DNA of 64,000 nt from assembly GCF_009914755.1 (NCBI RefSeq), contig NC_060936.1. One strand, 5' to 3'. This stretch comes from the human T2T-CHM13v2.0 reference genome, Homo sapiens. The notes below the pieces were generated by a model. That model was not told the origin of the DNA and did not search any database. It saw nothing but the letters and a program-made list of their open reading frames with translations. The stretch's first letter is position 1; each line of letters starts with the position of its first letter. The translations under genes were made by a program, and so were the position numbers. Shown here one piece after another: positions 58,696 to 64,000 of the stretch.

Positions 58696-59031
58696 TAAAG
58701 CAGAACATGTCATTTCTTTGTGAAAACCTTCCCGTGGCTTCCCATCATGCTCTGAACAAAGCCAAACTCCTTCTTAAGACTGCTTTCACATGGCTCCTGC
58801 CTATGCCTCTGGTCTCATTTCCAGCCAGGCTCTCCCTGTCCGTGCACACCAGCCACCTTCGTTCTTCCCTGGGAGCCCTTATTCTAGTCGTTCTCTCTAC
58901 CTAGGAGGCTCATTCCTGTCATCTTCCTATGCTTGGCTCCTTCTTGTCACTCAGGTCTCAGCTTATATAAGGACATCTCTTATCACCTGTGTCAAGTAGC
59001 CACCCAGCCCTCGCCACATGACTCTACTCTA

Positions 59032-59496
<465 letters not shown>

Positions 59497-59616
59497 CTAG
59501 CTTATCACCTATCTCCTTCTATGAGGATATAAGCTCTTTGACAGGAGGTCTCTCTGATTAGTTCTTTACTGTATCTACAGTACTTGGCTCATAGGAGATG
59601 CTTGATAGGTATCTGT

Positions 59617-59770
59617 GGAAGGAAGGAAGAAGGAGGGAAGGAAGGAAGCAAGGAAGGTAGGAAGGAAGGAAGGAAGGAAGGAAGGGAGGAAGGGAGGAGG
59701 GAGGGAGGAAGGAAGGAAGGAAGGAAGGAAGGAAGGAAGCAGGGAAGGGCATGAGGAAGGGAGGAGGGTG
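59617..59770 (+). repeat. (GGAA)n-rich tract at the L2 3' tail, (GGAA)8 at 59707-59738
   Basis: Directly visible. Confidence 0.95.
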
Positions 59771-60954
59771 GGTGGGCTCAGGCCCTGACTTTTCAGTTCC
59801 TGGTTTCAGACATCTTTTGTAGTACGTACTGGGCTTCCATAATCTCCCGTTAAAATTCCTGTTTTGCTTAACATAGATGGAATGGTTTTCTGTGAGTTAT
59901 AACCAAGCAATTCTTGACACCTGCTGATTTCTTTTAATAAATTGTCCACTTTCCTCTTCATGCTATACTTTACTTCTAGTGAATTGCTTTATTTAATAAA
60001 GAAAAAGAAACTTTTATCAGCACCATCCTTTTAAAAAGTGTTTTCTTTAATCGTAAGCTGTTGAGAAGTCTGGAATTGCAAACAAACAATCCTAATACAA
60101 GGTAATTCTTTCTGCTCCAAAATCTACAATAAATATTAGTGACACTGGCAATAAAGCTTCAGATCCTGATTATGCATGAACCCGTTTTTACAAAAACGTT
60201 TCAGTGGAAGATATAAATGCATTGTCAAAACAGCATTAAACCCTTGAAATAAGAGCCAGATTTTTTTTTTATAATTCAAGTATGTAAAGCATGTGTATTG
60301 CCATGGCCTTTGGGTCATTCCATTTCAGGAAATTCATGCTTTAAAATAGTCATTGTCAAATAAGAGCCATTCTTGGAGGAAACGAAAGGTTGGGTATTAT
60401 TCATTCAAAGAGAACAATCCAAATATCAAAACTCATTTTGTTTTGTTTTTAATAGGGGATGCTGGGGGTTGGGGGTTTTCTCTGAACTTCAGATAACAGA
60501 TAATGACAGGAATGTTGATTCATAGTGCACAATATTGAGAAAAAATAAATAAGCTCATTCCCCAAGTAACAGTAACAGTCTTTGAACAAAGAATGAGGAA
60601 GCCAAGCATGGAAGGAGATAAAGAAGTTTTACTAAAGAAATGTGCCCCATACCACTTCTCCAACCTCAGCTCTGCTCTCTTTCCCAAAAGAAAAGATTAT
60701 ATTTAACAACCAAAGAAAATTAGAAGATCATCGCACCTCCTTCCAGTAGCCCACCCCCAAAAGCAACAAGTGCCATTTCTGTAAGAAAGGCACTATAAAT
60801 TCATTTATTTCATGAAAATCCATTGTACTGAAATGTGCTAGGATTTGGATGTACAGTGTGAGTAAAACAGACAAAATCTCTGCTTTCTTGGGGCTTGCAA
60901 TCTTCTTGAACCCTCAGAAATGGCCCAAATCCCAGCCTATGTGATTTTTCCATC

Positions 60955-61215
60955 AAGGAGGCAGCATTCCATTGGCCCTATAGTCAGTCAAGGGGCCTGG
61001 GTGAAAATCCTGGCTTTACAGTTTACGAGCTGGGTGATCTCAGGACAGTTACTTAATCTCCCTATGCCTCAGATTCCTCATCTGTAAAACTAAGATGGTA
61101 ATAACATCTACCTCATAGGGTTGTTGGGAGGATTACATGAGGTAAGCAATGTAAAGCAGTTAGATCAGTGCCTGACATAGATTAAGCAATATTTAAGAGT
61201 TTGCCATTTTTATCA
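60955..61215 (+). mobile_element. MIR, near full length
   Basis: agttacttaatctccctatgcctcagattcctcatctgtaaaa...tacctcatagggttgttg. Confidence 0.88.
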
Positions 61216-61383
61216 TTAGTACAGCAAAGTGGGATTGACCAAAAAGGTCTGTATTTAGAACAGTTAATCAATGAATATAATGCACCAAAACATCCCTGTA
61301 CATAGTTTCCTGGTAGCCAGGCCCAGACAGGAATTATGAGGTTTCTTATTTGGAGAAACTGAATGGCTCCAGAGAAAAGACCT

Positions 61384-61768
61384 TGATATGGTTAGGCTTT
61401 GTGTCCCCACCCAAATCTCATTTTGGATTATAATCCTTATAATCCCCATAATCCCCACATGTCAAGGGAAAGACCAGGTGGAGGTAACTGAATCACAAGA
61501 GCAGTTTCCCCCATGCTGTTTTCATGATAGTGAGTGAGTTCTCAGGAAATCTGATGGTTTTATAAGGGGCTCTTCCCATTTTGCTTGGCACTTCTTCCTG
61601 CCACCTTGTGAAGAAGGTACCTTGCTTCCCCTTTGCCTTCCGCCATGATTGTAAGTTTCCTGAGGCCTCCCCAGCCATGTGGAACTGTGAGTCAATTACA
61701 CCTCCCTCATTTATAAATTACCCAGTCTCGGGCAATTCTTTATAGCAGCATGAGAATGGACTAATACA
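61384..61768 (+). mobile_element. THE1D-like solo LTR
   Basis: Perfect 5-bp TSD gacct at 61379-61383 and 61769-61773. Confidence 0.92.
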
Positions 61769-62246
61769 GACCTCCATAGGATAGCATTCAGAAATTTCTC
61801 AGTTCACAAAGCATTCAGCTCCTTAATTTAAAAAGAAGGAAAAAAAAATTTCCAAGTATTGCGGCCAACTCCCTGCTGCCAATCGTCCTAAAACAACTAC
61901 CCTCAGAAAGTTAGCCCCAATGAGGTCTGAAGCATCCCCGCTCCACTCTCCAGCAGCTCACGCTTCATTATGCATGAAGAGCTAAGGGTGACCAGAACTT
62001 TGATAATAGAGAGACACCAAGAAAAGCAGGCATCTCATCAGAAACAAAGAAAACATAAGAAACTGAAGAGAACCTGAAGCCCCTGAAAGATCAGGGGAAG
62101 ATATTGCAACTATAAAATAACATCAAAATTCTATGGGGACAAAAAAAAAAAAAAACCAATAGAGAACAAGAAAGTTTGGGGAGCATTAAAAATAAAATTG
62201 CTCAAATTGAAAATTCATTAGAACAGTTGGAGAATAAATTAAAAAG

Positions 62247-62250
62247 CACA

Positions 62251-62294
<44 letters not shown>

Positions 62295-62298
62295 CATA
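62247..62298. repeat. (CA)n/(TA)n microsatellite
   Basis: Directly visible. Confidence 0.95.
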
Positions 62299-62854
62299 TT
62301 AGTCAACCCTGTTCCCCTCCCTTAACAGTGGCATCAAGAGTCTATCTTCCCTAACCCACTTTTCTTCCCTATCCCGTGCCCTGGGCTATATTAGAGTGCT
62401 CTTGACACTAGAGACATCTGGCAGATGAGGCTGGAAAATGTCCAATGAGGGATGGAAAGAAGGAGTGATGGCAGAAGTGGAGCCCAACTTCATACCTTTG
62501 CAGCCGCCTGGGCTCAGTTTCTGCTGCCCCTCCCTAGGTGCTCTTCCCCTCTGCATAGAGGCGACACCTGATGAAGTTTTCATAAGTACACAAACACTGG
62601 ACTGGAATTACACAGACTGGTTGTGTGTCCAGGCTCTGCTATGAAGTTTCCAAAGAGGCAAGAAGCATGTCCATCAGAACAGCTATTGGCTTGCAATCTT
62701 GTTGTCACCATTAACCAAAAAGAAAGTATCAATTTTATTTGAATGGCCTTTGGCAATGTTGGTCTGAGAATATGTGGCATGAAATAATAATGATTACTAT
62801 TAAATTGATTATAAGTACATACCTATATCAACTGATATATAAAAGAAATGATTG

Positions 62855-63094
62855 AGCCAGGCACAGTGGCTCATGCCTATAATCCCAGCACTTTGGGAGG
62901 CCAAGGCAGGAGGATAGCTTGAGCCCAGGAGTTTGAGGTCAGCCTGGGCTAACATAGTGAGATCCTGTCTGTACAAAAATTTAAAAATTAGTTGGGAGTG
63001 GTGATGTGCACCTATAGTCCCAGCTACTCAGGAGGCTTAGGTGAGGGGATCACTTGAGCCCAGGAGATCAAGTCTGCAGTGAACTGTTATAATC

Positions 63095-63125
<31 letters not shown>
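62855..63125 (+). mobile_element. AluJ, 3' truncated, followed by (AAT)n
   Basis: gcttgagcccaggagtttgagg; (aat)n at 63096-63125. Confidence 0.9.
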
Positions 63126-63126
<1 letters not shown>

Positions 63127-63129
63127 CTG

Positions 63130-63535
63130 ATAATGTGAAAGAAAAGATTAATATGTAAAGGATTGATCCAAGATCTCAAACATTTGATAGGAGTTCCTGA
63201 AAGAGAAAAGGAAGGGGATAAAATAATCAAATAAAGAACTTTTTCCAAGGTTTGAAGAACATAAATCTTCAGATTGAAAGAACTTAGCACAGAAGAAAAA
63301 CCTATACCAAAGAAACAGCATCATGAAATTCTAGAGCATGAGACACAAAGAGAAGAAATAACATTCCTACTTCACACGATACACCAAAGTTGATGCCAGG
63401 TAGATTAAAGACTTAAACGTGGAAGTCAAACTTGAAAACTTTAAGAATAGAATATAGCATAGTATCCTCATGTCCTTAGGATAGAGAATGATTTTTCAAA
63501 TAAGACATCAAATGTACAACATATAAAGAAAAATC
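63130..63535 (+). mobile_element. Old L1/HAL1-like fragments
   Basis: ataggagttcctgaaagag, cttcagattgaaag, tagattaaagacttaaacgt. Confidence 0.55.
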
Positions 63536-63538
63536 TGT

Positions 63539-64000
<462 letters not shown>

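Overview
Human genomic DNA, non-coding (intergenic or intronic). The species call rests on a full AluYa5 carrying all five diagnostic bases. I find no supportable protein-coding gene, structural RNA gene, CRISPR array or prokaryote-type system. Roughly half of the window is transposable-element debris: about 25 Alu elements or monomers, THE1/MST/MLT1 MaLR LTRs, solo LTRs resembling LTR8, LTR19B, MER39, MER67, LTR23, MER93, LTR16, LTR33 and LTR52, old L1M/L1PA and L2 fragments, MIRs, the DNA transposons MER5A, MER63A, MER91B and Charlie4a, and relics of CR1/L3, L4 and MamSINE1. Most ORFs in the track are repeat-derived or low-complexity, and none of the rest resembles a known protein. Two structures are not explained by TE annotation. 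(1) An inverted duplication of at least 249 bp at about 95% identity (1-249 vs 2289-2535) brackets about 2 kb of sequence, the architecture of an NAHR-invertible segment. (2) A perfect 30-bp-stem, 10-nt-loop hairpin (21359-21428) was created by an inverted duplication inside a MIR and has pre-miRNA dimensions. Other leads are a motif-dense candidate regulatory element (24.6-25.3 kb), a 22-bp-spaced inverted Alu pair, nested insertions with readable TSDs, and weak non-coding exon candidates. TE subfamily names come from my recollection of consensus sequences and need RepeatMasker/Dfam confirmation. Boundaries of old elements are approximate.
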